64,000 nucleotides of DNA from Pseudomonadota bacterium (GTDB taxonomy: Bacteria; Pseudomonadota; Alphaproteobacteria; SHVP01): NCBI GenBank assembly GCA_027622715.1, contig JAQBYN010000002.1, positions 82,464 through 146,463 on the forward strand, given 5' to 3'. The translations under genes and the position numbers were made by a program. Shown one piece after another: positions 11,094 to 20,607 of the stretch. The notes below the pieces were generated by a model, which saw nothing but the letters and a program-made list of their open reading frames with translations, searched no databases and had not been told where the DNA came from. Numbering within the stretch: the stretch's first letter is position 1; every line of letters starts with the position of its first letter.

Positions 11094-12257
11094 ATGGTCC
11101 TAGCTTCACCGCATACGATGTACGCGACGCCCGATCATGACGAGGCCGCGCGCGAGGATTTCGTCCTCGAAATGATGGTGCATGTGTCGCGCGATCTGAC
11201 GCCGGGCAAGCGCAAGCTTTACGACGTGGTCGTGAAACCCAAATTCGAAAAGTCGTTTGGCCGGGCGCCGGTCAACCGGCACGAAATCCGTCATGCGATG
11301 GAGCAGGAGGATTTCAATCAGGTCTGGGGCGCGCTGCGGCGCACGACTCAGGAATTGATGTTCGACTCGATCGGCGAATCGGTGGAGCGTCGGACCGGCG
11401 ATCTGATGGAACGCGCGGCTGGTTTCGCCAAGCCGACCAACAGCCGCCGTCAAGGTACGTTGGACCTCGACCCCACGCTTGAAATTCCGCGCTACCAGAC
11501 CGCGGTGGATATCCATTGCAAGCCAGGCGGTTATCACAGCGAGCTCACGCGCGACGATCTGTTTGCCGGGGCGGAGTACGATCGCTCGTATAACTTGTTT
11601 GCCATGGGCGCGTCGGGGCCGCTCAACGACGATATGGGACGCTCGGTCGCGCGCTATGCATCGCGCACGTTCGCCGATCTAAAACCACGCCGCATCTTGG
11701 AGATCGGTTGCACTGTGGGCCATTCGACCTTGCCCTATTGCGACCTGTACCCCGATGCCGAAATTTATGCGATCGATGTCGCAGCGCCGTGCCTACGCTA
11801 CGCTCATGCCCGTGCCGAATCACTTGGTTATGCCGTGCATTGGTCGCAGCAGAACGGCGAACAGACCAACTTTCCCGACGGTCATTTCGACCTCATCGTG
11901 TCGCACATTCTGTTTCACGAGACCTCGAACAAGGGATTGCGCAATATCCTGGGCGAATGCCACCGGCTGCTGGCCAAGGGCGGTGCCATGGTGCACTTCG
12001 AGGCGCCGCAATACGAAGATATGCCCGACCCCTACGACCACACGCTGGGCGACTGGTCGACGCACTACAACGCTGAACCCTTCTGGGGCACGCTGCACGA
12101 TCAGAACTTGCGCAAACTCATGGAAAAAGCTGGGTTTCCCAAGGGTGAACTGTTCCAGCACAAATTCGCACCCAGCGTATTTCTCGAAGAGTCGCCCAAA
12201 CATCGGGCCGTGTCGCGTACGCCCGCGTACCCGGTGTTCGGTGCGCGCAAGACATAA
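11094..12257 (+). CDS. two-domain class I SAM-dependent methyltransferase (unknown N-terminal domain of about 190 aa plus Rossmann MTase)
   Basis: Motif I ILEIGCTVGHST, then AIDVAAPCLRYA and DLIVSHILFHET. RBS AAGGAGA upstream. Paralog of 20608-21738. Confidence 0.8.
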   Translation: MVLASPHTMYATPDHDEAAREDFVLEMMVHVSRDLTPGKRKLYDVVVKPKFEKSFGRAPVNRHEIRHAMEQEDFNQVWGALRRTTQELMFDSIGESVERRTGDLMERAAGFAKPTNSRRQGTLDLDPTLEIPRYQTAVDIHCKPGGYHSELTRDDLFAGAEYDRSYNLFAMGASGPLNDDMGRSVARYASRTFADLKPRRILEIGCTVGHSTLPYCDLYPDAEIYAIDVAAPCLRYAHARAESLGYAVHWSQQNGEQTNFPDGHFDLIVSHILFHETSNKGLRNILGECHRLLAKGGAMVHFEAPQYEDMPDPYDHTLGDWSTHYNAEPFWGTLHDQNLRKLMEKAGFPKGELFQHKFAPSVFLEESPKHRAVSRTPAYPVFGARKT

Positions 12258-12281
12258 GGTCCGTGGACTAGGCGGCGCTTC

Positions 12282-12545
12282 ATGGTACGCCTGATCGTCA
12301 TTGTTGGTTTGGCGCTGGTCGCGCTAGTTGGCCTGTGGGTATTGCTGCGCCGACACGACAGCAAGAACCTAAACCCCGGGGCGCGACCGCCGCCGCTCAG
12401 CGATCTTGACGAAGCCGAGGACGCGACAATCCCGTCCCGTCTGGAAGAGCTCGAAGAAATGCTTGGGCGCGGTGAGATCACCGACGAAGAATACGCCTCA
12501 CGCCGTCGCCATCTCCTCGGCGACGAAGACGAGGGCGAGCGCTAG
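12282..12545 (+). CDS. small membrane protein with SHOCT-like C-terminal motif
   Basis: N-terminal TM LIVIVGLALVALVGLWVLL. C-terminal LEELEEMLGRGEITDEEYASRRRHLLG resembles the SHOCT short C-terminal domain. Confidence 0.55.
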   Translation: MVRLIVIVGLALVALVGLWVLLRRHDSKNLNPGARPPPLSDLDEAEDATIPSRLEELEEMLGRGEITDEEYASRRRHLLGDEDEGER

Positions 12546-12582
12546 GCGGCGGCATGCTCGTACCCCGGGAATTGCGTACGCT

Positions 12583-13983
12583 ATGAGCGTTCATCGCGAC
12601 CGAAACGGTGTTGAAGTGACCGCCGCGAGCACAGCGGCCGCGACCCATCTTGATGCGGCCATTGATTCCTTTCTGCGCTTCGCGAATGACGGCGGCGACC
12701 ATCTCGGGGCGGCGCTGAGCGCCGACGCAGACTTGGTCCTTGGCCACTGCTTGATGGGCTATTTCATGCGATTGGCGAATGACCCCGCCTTGTTACCTGG
12801 GGGCGTGGCGGCTTTATCGCGTGCGACCGAAATTGTTGCACAAGGCGTGGTGAGCGCGCGCGAACGGCACCATGTCGCCGCGCTGGGTTGTTGGTACGCC
12901 GACGATTGGTTGGGCGCAATTGCCCATTGGGAGCGCGCATTACTCGAAAACCCACGCGACCTCTTGGCGCTGTGGGTATCGCACCTGGTGCAATTCTTCA
13001 TGGGCCGAATGGCGCAACTGCGCGACTCGGCGGCGCGTGCCTTGCCATTTTGGCCGGACGGGGAACCCGGTACGGCCTATGTGCACGCGATGTACGGTTT
13101 CGCCCTGGAGGAAACGGGCGCATTTGAACCGGCAGAATCTTGGGGACGTAGAGCAAGCACCGCCAATCCCGACGGGGTTTGGGGCGTTCACGCCGTAACG
13201 CATGTTTTGGAGACGCAATCGCGGCTTCGGGAAGGCGTGGCCTGGCTTGCCGACCTTGACCAGCGTTGGCCGACCCTTGGTCCGTTTGCGAATCACATGT
13301 GGTGGCACCGGTCGCTCTATCATGTCGAGTTGGAAGAGTTCGACACGGTGTTCGACCTCTATGCGCGCGGCGTGCGCCCGGAGCAAACCATGGACTACAT
13401 GGATATTTCGAATGCCGCTTCGCTGTTGTGGCGATTGAATAGTCGCGGGGTCGATGTCGGTGACCGCTGGCAGGAGCTAGCTGAGAAGTGCGCCCTCAAA
13501 CAGAAAGATCATCTTCTGCCGTTCTCGCAGGCCCATTTCGCGCTTGTCCTCGGATATGATCGGCGGCACGACGATCTCGCCAAGATGATCGAAGCCTCGC
13601 GCGCGTTGGCAAGCGGCGCGGGGACGGTCGCCGGTTTGGAGCGCGATGTGCTGTTGCCGCTGGAAGAGGGCTATGCGTTTTTGGCCAAAGGCGACTATGC
13701 GACGGCGCTCACGCGCCTGCTCCCCATTCGTTACGGCATTGGGTGTCTGGGCGGCAGCAATGCCCAGCGCGATGTGTTTGCGCAAACCATCATCGATTGC
13801 GCCTTGCGCGCTAAAGAATTCAGCCAAGCGCGCGCATTGTTGGCCGAGCGTGTGGCCAATCTGCCGGGCAGTCCTTGGTCCTGGAAGCAGTATGCCGTGG
13901 CTCTGAAAGCATGCGGCGATGCGGACGGGGCCATGTTGGCAGGGACCAAGGCAGCTGCGTTGCTGGCCGCGCAGAGCGCCTAG
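12583..13983 (+). CDS. TPR-repeat protein (TTC38-like family)
   Basis: Helical-repeat protein starting MSVHRDRNGVEVTAASTAAATHLDAAIDSFL. I chose ATG 12583. The ORF-track start at 12406 would overlap the preceding gene. Confidence 0.6.
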   Translation: MSVHRDRNGVEVTAASTAAATHLDAAIDSFLRFANDGGDHLGAALSADADLVLGHCLMGYFMRLANDPALLPGGVAALSRATEIVAQGVVSARERHHVAALGCWYADDWLGAIAHWERALLENPRDLLALWVSHLVQFFMGRMAQLRDSAARALPFWPDGEPGTAYVHAMYGFALEETGAFEPAESWGRRASTANPDGVWGVHAVTHVLETQSRLREGVAWLADLDQRWPTLGPFANHMWWHRSLYHVELEEFDTVFDLYARGVRPEQTMDYMDISNAASLLWRLNSRGVDVGDRWQELAEKCALKQKDHLLPFSQAHFALVLGYDRRHDDLAKMIEASRALASGAGTVAGLERDVLLPLEEGYAFLAKGDYATALTRLLPIRYGIGCLGGSNAQRDVFAQTIIDCALRAKEFSQARALLAERVANLPGSPWSWKQYAVALKACGDADGAMLAGTKAAALLAAQSA

Positions 13984-14039
13984 TTCCAAAAAATTCCTCC
14001 TCATAGTGCGTCAAAGGCGCGCGGCGCGCCTCAACCCCG

Positions 14040-14438
14040 TCAAACCACCGGCCAGTGGTCGGTCTCGCGCACCGCCTCGTCCATCCCGGGCCACGGCGGC
14101 AGGGTGGCAATCAGCAACGTGAGCGGCGCGTCACCAACGGTGCGGAACTGGAACCGCGTACCAAGCGGCATGTTGAGCGCCATCCCAGGTTCGACCGGCA
14201 CGACTTCTTCATGAGTGCTCCATTGGCGCCACACTTCGCCGGCACCAGACAACACATACCAAATCTCCTCGACAGTCTTGTGCGACACGGCCATGGAAAT
14301 ACCGCCCACCGGCAGCGTGCGGTGGGCGAGGCTAGCGTCGTTGCGCTGCGGCCGCGGCAAAAGCCGGATTTCCGAACCGTCCGGCGCGATCACGTCGGGC
14401 GCCGCCGACAAGGTTTTGGTCACGAGCGGGTGGGGCAT
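14040..14438 (-). CDS. cupin domain protein
   Basis: 132 aa with the cupin core HKTVEEIWYVLSGAGEVW ... PLGTRFQFRTVGDAPL. Confidence 0.7.
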   Translation of the reverse strand: MPHPLVTKTLSAAPDVIAPDGSEIRLLPRPQRNDASLAHRTLPVGGISMAVSHKTVEEIWYVLSGAGEVWRQWSTHEEVVPVEPGMALNMPLGTRFQFRTVGDAPLTLLIATLPPWPGMDEAVRETDHWPVV

Positions 14439-14737
14439 GGCATCTCCTCGGGCGTGGTAAGTGTAGGATAGCAGCGCAGGCCGTCAGCGGCTCTTCGCGA
14501 CACCCTGGGATCGGACACTACCGGCTGATAGCGCGGCCGGGGTATGGGTGCTAATATGTCGCCGTCTCAATGTTGAGGTGAACCCCGACACAGACCCCAA
14601 AGCTTCACCCTTTTGCGTAACTGGCGATATCAGGTGGACCGACCACCGGGGAGCGCAGAAGTTTTTCCTAGCCGATCGCCTGGGCACATCATCATCGATG
14701 CGTCCGGGCGTTTGTGTTTTCGGCAAAGGAGAACGAC

Positions 14738-15364
14738 ATGAAGATCGCCATTCTGATTTATGACGGCATCACCGCGCTTGATGCGGTCGGCCCCTACGAC
14801 ATTCTCAACCGCGTGCCCGGTACCGAGGTGGTATTCGTCGCCAAAACAAAGGGCACGGTGCGCACCGGCAACGGCGCGCTTGGGCTGGTCGCCGATTACG
14901 CGCTCTCCGATATTGCCGCCGCCGACGTGTTGCTGGTGCCGGGTGGCTCGAAAGGCATCGCCGAAGCGATCCACGATCCTGCGTACCAAGACTGGATTGT
15001 CTCCCTGGATCAAACGACGCAATGGACCACGTCGGTCTGTACCGGGGCGCTGTTCCTGGCCGCCGCGGGTCTGTTGGCGGGGCGGCGGGCGACCACCCAC
15101 TGGCGCGCCGCACACGGCCTCGCCAAGTACAGCGCGACCTACGTCGCCGAACGTTACGTCCATGACGGCAAGTATGTGACGGCGGCGGGCGTTTCAGCTG
15201 GGATCGACATGGCGCTCTATCTGGTGGAGCAAACCGCGGGACGCGACGTCGCCCAAGCCGTCCAGCTCAGCGCCGAATACATCCCGCAACCACCGTTCCC
15301 ACCGGTCTCGGCGGCGGCGGCCTCTAGTCACCTCAAGGAGATCGTGGCGCGCCTAACGGTGTAG
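14738..15364 (+). CDS. DJ-1/PfpI family protein
   Basis: MKIAILIYDGITALDAVGPYDIL, nucleophile elbow SVCTGALFLAAAGLL. AAGGAGA RBS sits before ATG 14738. Confidence 0.85.
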   Translation: MKIAILIYDGITALDAVGPYDILNRVPGTEVVFVAKTKGTVRTGNGALGLVADYALSDIAAADVLLVPGGSKGIAEAIHDPAYQDWIVSLDQTTQWTTSVCTGALFLAAAGLLAGRRATTHWRAAHGLAKYSATYVAERYVHDGKYVTAAGVSAGIDMALYLVEQTAGRDVAQAVQLSAEYIPQPPFPPVSAAAASSHLKEIVARLTV

Positions 15365-15380
15365 CCGCCGGCCGCCTCAT

Positions 15381-15515
15381 CTTCTCCTCCCCCTGCGCGT
15401 CAGCTGAGGGGGAGGGCAGGGAGGGGGTTAATGTTCTCGCCAGCAATACCTTCGCTGGCGGTCACCCCCGCCCGCGCCGCTTACGCGCCGCGACCTCCCC
15501 CTGCCGGCAGGGTAG
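15381..15515. repeat. G/C-rich hairpin repeat (family C), copy 1
   Basis: CCTCCCCCT-12 nt-AGGGGGAGG hairpin followed by GCAGGGAGGGGGT, plus a degenerate inverted partner (CCTCCCCCTGCCGGCAGGGTAGG). Near-identical core to 55441-55479. Confidence 0.7.
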
Positions 15516-15552
15516 GAATAGAGAGCATGCTGTCGTTCAACAGAAGCGTGGC

Positions 15553-16467
15553 CTACGTCGCCATCGCAACGGTGCCCTCGGGCAAGCCGTAAACATGATC
15601 GGAAATTTGCCCGGGGTGGCAGAACCACACGTCGTCGCGGCGCTTGGCCATGTGCTCGAACACGCGGCGCAACTGCCGAATGCGATGCGGCTGGCCCATC
15701 AGGAAGGTGTGGAGCGAGTAGCAATTGATTTGCGGCCAACCGTGCATGGCGCTCTCGTCGAGCATTTCGTCGAAGGTGTCGATCATCATCCGGGTGAAGG
15801 CGTCATCGTCGATGCCGCGATTGATGAAAGCCGGAATGTCATTGAGTTCCATGGACGGGTAGGGGACAGCCAAGATCGGTCCCTTGTCGGTGCGGAACCA
15901 TTGCGGCTGGTCGTCGAACCACCAGTCCATCATGTAGGTGTAGCCGAACTCCTTGAGCAATTCAGGCGTCTGCGCGCTTTGTGAAATGAACGGGCCGAGC
16001 CAGCCCTTGGGCGTCTTGCCTTCTTCCTTCAGGTAGCGCGCATTGACGACCTCGAACATCTCGCGCTCTTGCTCGGGCGTCATCTCCGCTTGGCGTTCCG
16101 AGTTGGTGCGACCGTGGCCAACGATCTCGTCGCCGCGCTTGCGCCACGGGTCGAGAATTTCCGGACAGGCGTCGTAGACGCTGGCGTTCAGCAGGATCGA
16201 ACACGGCAGCTCATAGTCGTTGAACAAGTTCAACAGCCGCCAAATGCCCAGTCGGTTGCCGTAGTCGCGGTACGCGAAACCGCGGTGATAGGGCGCCTTG
16301 GGCATCGACGTAAAGTCCGAGCCGGGATTAAGGCCGAACTCGAACGCCTCAACGTTGAGCGCGAAATAGACCGCGACCTTGGCGCCGTTGGGCCACGTAT
16401 ATTGCGGCCGCGTCGGGATCGCCGAAAAGGCATAGCGGTTCTGAAAGTCATAGGGGTTGTCGGCCAT
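15553..16467 (-). CDS. polysaccharide deacetylase (CE4-like) family protein
   Basis: 304 aa. The WPNGAKVAVYFALNVE ... GDEIVGHGRTN layout looks like divergent CE4/NodB-fold amidohydrolases. Family call by resemblance only. Confidence 0.6.
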   Translation of the reverse strand: MADNPYDFQNRYAFSAIPTRPQYTWPNGAKVAVYFALNVEAFEFGLNPGSDFTSMPKAPYHRGFAYRDYGNRLGIWRLLNLFNDYELPCSILLNASVYDACPEILDPWRKRGDEIVGHGRTNSERQAEMTPEQEREMFEVVNARYLKEEGKTPKGWLGPFISQSAQTPELLKEFGYTYMMDWWFDDQPQWFRTDKGPILAVPYPSMELNDIPAFINRGIDDDAFTRMMIDTFDEMLDESAMHGWPQINCYSLHTFLMGQPHRIRQLRRVFEHMAKRRDDVWFCHPGQISDHVYGLPEGTVAMAT

Positions 16468-16619
16468 TGCTTTGGTCCTTCCGGCGCATGGTTCGTGTTC
16501 CTTTATAGCGAACTCGCTGGGCCCTAGGCGAGCCTCATGACTATCCCGTCCGGCAGGTGTGCTTGATTGATTCCGTGGTTAAGATGTCGCCGCCGCCGCA
16601 TCGGACTGGAGACTCGCCC

Positions 16620-17357
16620 ATGAAAAACACCCTCGGCCACCGCGCCACCATTGGCATTCTGGTACCCGGCCGGAATACGACGGTCCAGCCCGAATCCGAT
16701 GACATGCGCCCGGTCGGCGTCACCAATCACGTGGCGCGGATGATCAACATCGGTGTGCCGCCCGGTGCCGGCGCCGACTTCAAAATCGGCCAGTACGCGC
16801 TCGATATGGAGGGCGCCATTGACGCGGTGAAGCTGGCCGGCGTCGATATCATTTTGCTCGGGCATTCCCACGATTCATTCGAGGGCGGCCTCAAAGGCGG
16901 CACGGCGTTCGAGAAAAAGCTAAGCGATTTTGCCGGCATGCCGGTCCTCGTGCCCTCGCTCGCCTACGTTGCCGCGGTTAAAGCGATGGGCCTAAAACGG
17001 GTCTCGATTCTCACGCCCTATCTGACGGCCGACGACGATCTGGTCAAAAGCTTCTTCGAAAGCGCGGGCTGTGCCGTGGTCAAGATGAAGGCGCTGCAAT
17101 ACGACACCGGCCATGCGATTGCCCAAACCCCGGCCGATGTCATTCGCACCTCGCTCGCCGCGCTGGACGGCCCTGAGGTCGATGCGATCTTGCAGGTCGG
17201 TACCAATCTGCCGACGGCGCGGATTTCGAACGAAGCCGAATTCTGGCTCAACAAACCGGTGCTGTCGGTCAATGTGGTGGACTACTGGCACACGCTGCGC
17301 ACGCTCGGCATCGACGATAAAGTCGACGGCTTCGGCACGCTGCTGCGGGATTATTAG
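16620..17357 (+). CDS. Asp/Glu/hydantoin racemase superfamily protein (maleate isomerase / arylmalonate decarboxylase-like)
   Basis: IGILVPGRNTTVQPE, VSILTPY, ILQVGTNLP. Start chosen at ATG 16620 (MKNTLGHR). The C-terminus resembles the partial gene at 63840-64000. Confidence 0.7.
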   Translation: MKNTLGHRATIGILVPGRNTTVQPESDDMRPVGVTNHVARMINIGVPPGAGADFKIGQYALDMEGAIDAVKLAGVDIILLGHSHDSFEGGLKGGTAFEKKLSDFAGMPVLVPSLAYVAAVKAMGLKRVSILTPYLTADDDLVKSFFESAGCAVVKMKALQYDTGHAIAQTPADVIRTSLAALDGPEVDAILQVGTNLPTARISNEAEFWLNKPVLSVNVVDYWHTLRTLGIDDKVDGFGTLLRDY

Positions 17358-17435
17358 CGCCGATCAAGCCGCGTTTGCTTGCGTCCGCGTGCCACCGCTT
17401 GTATGTCACTGTCGCCCCGCTAACAGGAAAAATCC

Positions 17436-18347
17436 ATGGCCAAGTCCAAGCGCGTCTCCTCGATCACCATCGATTCGCCCTACGCCGATTATTCGTTCTA
17501 CCAGTGCCTCTATTCGCGCTCGCGGTCGTTCAAGTTCCTGGAATCCGAGGGGGCCGTGTTCATGATCGAACATCTGATGGCCCGTGCCCCGTCATTGCGC
17601 AAGCGCCCGATCGACATTGTTGAGTTTCTCGTCGGCGCCGGCGAATACGAACAATTCATTCGGACCGAAGCCCGCTTCAAGATCGGCAAATATGTCGGTA
17701 TCGACGCCATCGGGCCGCCCGACCCCAAGACCGAATTGTTGATTGGCCCAGTCGAATCGACCTTCCCCGACTGGAAAGCCGACGCGGTGCTGGCGATGTT
17801 CTACAGCGCCAGCAGCATTCTCGGCGCCGACGGCAAACCGTCGCCGACCGCGCTGTTGGAGATGGCGCAGAATGCCCACCGCAATCTCAAGAACGACGGC
17901 GGTTTTATTCTGTCCTTCCCAGCACGCGGCGAGTCGCTGTCGTTTCGCGAGGACGAAGACAACGAGGACGAGACCGAAATCGCGATCCCGATTTATAACG
18001 GCTTGCGCGAACGCTTCGGCCTGGCACCGGTCGAGGAAGCGGTGATCCGCTACAAATCGGAAGAACGCTACGAACGCGCGACCGGCCTGTCGATTGAACA
18101 AATCAAGGACGCCGCCGTCGTCCGCAGCGCCGACGACAAGGTCATGGGCCGCATCACGGTCAAAAAGCCGATGTACCAACAGTACCTCTCCGAATCCCAT
18201 TTTATCTGGATCTTGCGCGAGGCCGGCTTTCGCGAGTTCATGTTCTTCGATATCAACGCCGACGACGGCACGCCGACCTACGAGCGCCTACCCGACGTCA
18301 TGACCGAGACTGAGCAATACGCCAACCACATCGTCGCGATCCGCTAG
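17436..18347 (+). CDS. hypothetical protein, possible degenerate class I methyltransferase fold
   Basis: 303 aa. The order IVEFLVGAGE / YVGIDA / AVLAMFYSASSIL / LKNDGGFILSF / ILREAGF matches Rossmann MTase motifs I, II, post-II and III, but motif I is atypical. Confidence 0.4.
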   Translation: MAKSKRVSSITIDSPYADYSFYQCLYSRSRSFKFLESEGAVFMIEHLMARAPSLRKRPIDIVEFLVGAGEYEQFIRTEARFKIGKYVGIDAIGPPDPKTELLIGPVESTFPDWKADAVLAMFYSASSILGADGKPSPTALLEMAQNAHRNLKNDGGFILSFPARGESLSFREDEDNEDETEIAIPIYNGLRERFGLAPVEEAVIRYKSEERYERATGLSIEQIKDAAVVRSADDKVMGRITVKKPMYQQYLSESHFIWILREAGFREFMFFDINADDGTPTYERLPDVMTETEQYANHIVAIR

Positions 18348-18431
18348 AAATCGCCAGAATTCGGACATTGGCGGCCTAGGGAACGACATAGCCGAAGAAA
18401 AGGCTATATTTAGAGCCAATCAGCAATACGG

Positions 18432-19457
18432 TTGCCTATGCCCCGGTGGCTCGTAGGGCCTGTGGCCCTCTTATATTTCCTCGTCCAGTTGTCCATGGGC
18501 AGCGCGGTCGCAGCGGACAAGCGTGTCACGATCGGGTTCCTCGGGACCTACACGCCATGGATCGTTGGGATTGCATCGGGCGCCTACGAGCGCGCGACCG
18601 GCTATGAAATCGAATGGCGGGAGTTCGCCACCGGGTTCGAAGCGCTATCGGCCCTGGCAAAGGGTGAGGTTCAGATCACCTACGCCGGCGTTACGCCGAT
18701 CGCCGGTGCGGTCAGCAACGGTTTGCCGCTAGAGGTATTTTGGGTGGCCGGCGACATCGACAAAAGCGAGGCTTTGGTCGTCCGTGACGGTGCCGGGATC
18801 GTCAAGCCTCGGGATCTACGAAATAAGAGGATTGCCACGCCATTCGGTTCGACATCGCATTTTCATTTGCTCTTCGCGCTGGAGCAGTTCGGCATTCCAC
18901 GAGACGAGACGACCATCGTCAGCCTGACGCCGTCGGAAATCGCAGCGGCCTGGCAGGAAGGTCGGATTGACGGCGCTTATATTTGGGAGCCCGTACAAAG
19001 CGATTTGCTCAGAGACGGCAAGATTCTCATCCACTCCGGTGATCTCAGCGGGTGGGGTCGCCCGACCTTCGATGCCTTGGTCGCGGATCCTAAATGGTCC
19101 TCGGTCAACCCTGACTTCATGGTGGCTTTTATCAAGACCATCGCGGTGTATGGCGACTCGTACCGCAACGATCGTGACCGATGGACCCGCGCGTCTGCGA
19201 ACGTTCAAGATTTGGTCGCCATCGTCGGCGGGACCCATGCGCGCGCCGTGCGGACGTTGGGCCTCTATAGCTACCCGTCGATACAACGGCAGGCCTCGAC
19301 AAGGTGGCTGAGTGGCGGGGGCATAGGCGGTGTCGCTCAAGCCCTTGCCGGCAACGCGCAGTTTCTTTTCGACCAAGGCGTCACAAAAAAACTCGCCGGC
19401 GACTATTCGTTCTATGTCAACTCGGAGTGGGTACGCCGTGCGCGAACGTCGAATTAG
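18432..19457 (+). CDS. periplasmic solute-binding protein, TauA (taurine/sulfonate) -like
   Basis: Signal peptide. SEALVVRDGAGIVKPRDLRNKRIATPFGSTSHFHLLFALEQFGI, WQEGRIDGAYIWEP and GWGRPTFDALV closely parallel E. coli TauA as I recall it. Confidence 0.8.
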   Translation: MPMPRWLVGPVALLYFLVQLSMGSAVAADKRVTIGFLGTYTPWIVGIASGAYERATGYEIEWREFATGFEALSALAKGEVQITYAGVTPIAGAVSNGLPLEVFWVAGDIDKSEALVVRDGAGIVKPRDLRNKRIATPFGSTSHFHLLFALEQFGIPRDETTIVSLTPSEIAAAWQEGRIDGAYIWEPVQSDLLRDGKILIHSGDLSGWGRPTFDALVADPKWSSVNPDFMVAFIKTIAVYGDSYRNDRDRWTRASANVQDLVAIVGGTHARAVRTLGLYSYPSIQRQASTRWLSGGGIGGVAQALAGNAQFLFDQGVTKKLAGDYSFYVNSEWVRRARTSN

Positions 19458-19464
19458 GAAATCT

Positions 19465-20502
19465 GTGGGTTGTTGGAGCGCGAGGGTTCGGGGAATTCTC
19501 GCTATTGCCCTCGTGGGCGCGGGATTTCTGCTAACGTCAGTCGCACATCCGGCGGAAATCTCGATTGGTTACCAGCGGGTCTACGATCCGTGGATACACG
19601 CGATGGCGACAGGTCAATTCGAACGGACAACCGGCTACGAGATCGAGTGGCGCGCCTTCGACAGCAGCATTGAAGTCATGGGCGCGCTCGCCCGCGGCGA
19701 AATACAGATTGGCCACACCGGCGGGACCGGGTTGGCCGGTGCAGCGAGCGTCGGCGCTGATTTTCGGATATTCTGGATACTTCATGATATTGGCGCGGCG
19801 GAGGCGCTCGTCGTTCGCGAGGATTCCGGCATCGTTGCGCCCCAGGACTTGCGGCGAAAGCGCATCGCGGTTCCGGCGGGATCGACGGCGCACTACCAGC
19901 TCTTGTTCGCGCTGGAACAGTTCGACATTCGTCGGTCCGATGTCATCCTCACGTTCCGCGATCCGAAAGAGCTTCTTGAGGACTGGAAGGCCGCGCGGAT
20001 CGACGCGGCGTTTGTGTGGGGTCCAATTCTGGCGGAGATCAGCCGAAGCGGTACGACTTTGGTAAACTCCGGCCACCTGCGAGGGTGGGGGCGACCGACC
20101 TTCGCGGCCCTCGTTGTCAATCCTGAATGGGCGGCGATCAACCCAGGGTTCATGACCGACTTTGTCGGAGTCTTGGCCGCCACGGACAATGCTTATCGTC
20201 GTAATCCCGCCGCATGGGATCACAAGAGTGATGAAATAACCAACATCGCGCGGATCGTCGGCGGAACCCCGGCGCAGGCCGTCGCGAGCATGCGGCTCTA
20301 CAATTATCCTTCGATGAGGGAACAATTGACGCGGAAGTGGTTGGGCGGAGGGAGCATCGGCGGCGTTGCCAAAGCGCTCTTGGACAACGCCGCATATCTC
20401 AAAGAGAATGGCCAGCTAAGGACGATTCGATCGGACTATGAGGGCTTCGTTACCACCGATTGGATCACGCGAAGATTGGCCGGTAGTATTCAACGACAGT
20501 GA
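19465..20502 (+). CDS. periplasmic solute-binding protein, TauA-like (tandem paralog)
   Basis: About half the residues are identical to the upstream gene by eye (YEIEWR, AEALVVRE, KRIAVPAGSTAHYQLLFALEQF, GWGRPTFAALV). GTG 19465 lies after AGGAAA and gives a signal peptide. ORF-track start 19330 overlaps the upstream gene. Confidence 0.8.
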   Translation: MGCWSARVRGILAIALVGAGFLLTSVAHPAEISIGYQRVYDPWIHAMATGQFERTTGYEIEWRAFDSSIEVMGALARGEIQIGHTGGTGLAGAASVGADFRIFWILHDIGAAEALVVREDSGIVAPQDLRRKRIAVPAGSTAHYQLLFALEQFDIRRSDVILTFRDPKELLEDWKAARIDAAFVWGPILAEISRSGTTLVNSGHLRGWGRPTFAALVVNPEWAAINPGFMTDFVGVLAATDNAYRRNPAAWDHKSDEITNIARIVGGTPAQAVASMRLYNYPSMREQLTRKWLGGGSIGGVAKALLDNAAYLKENGQLRTIRSDYEGFVTTDWITRRLAGSIQRQ

Positions 20503-20607
20503 CGCTGGCGCCCTCGCTGCGCCGACACAGTCGAATAACGTTGGCTATCACGCCCGAGAGCCGACATTAGGCTACCATCGCTCGGGACGTTACATAGGGG
20601 TGGCGCT

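Noticed and set aside
14439-14737. 300-nt leader between the cupin and DJ-1 genes as a possible riboswitch or sRNA
   Set aside because: I saw only small local hairpins (for example GGTGAA...CTTCACC). Nothing matches a riboswitch class I know. It is most simply a divergent promoter region.
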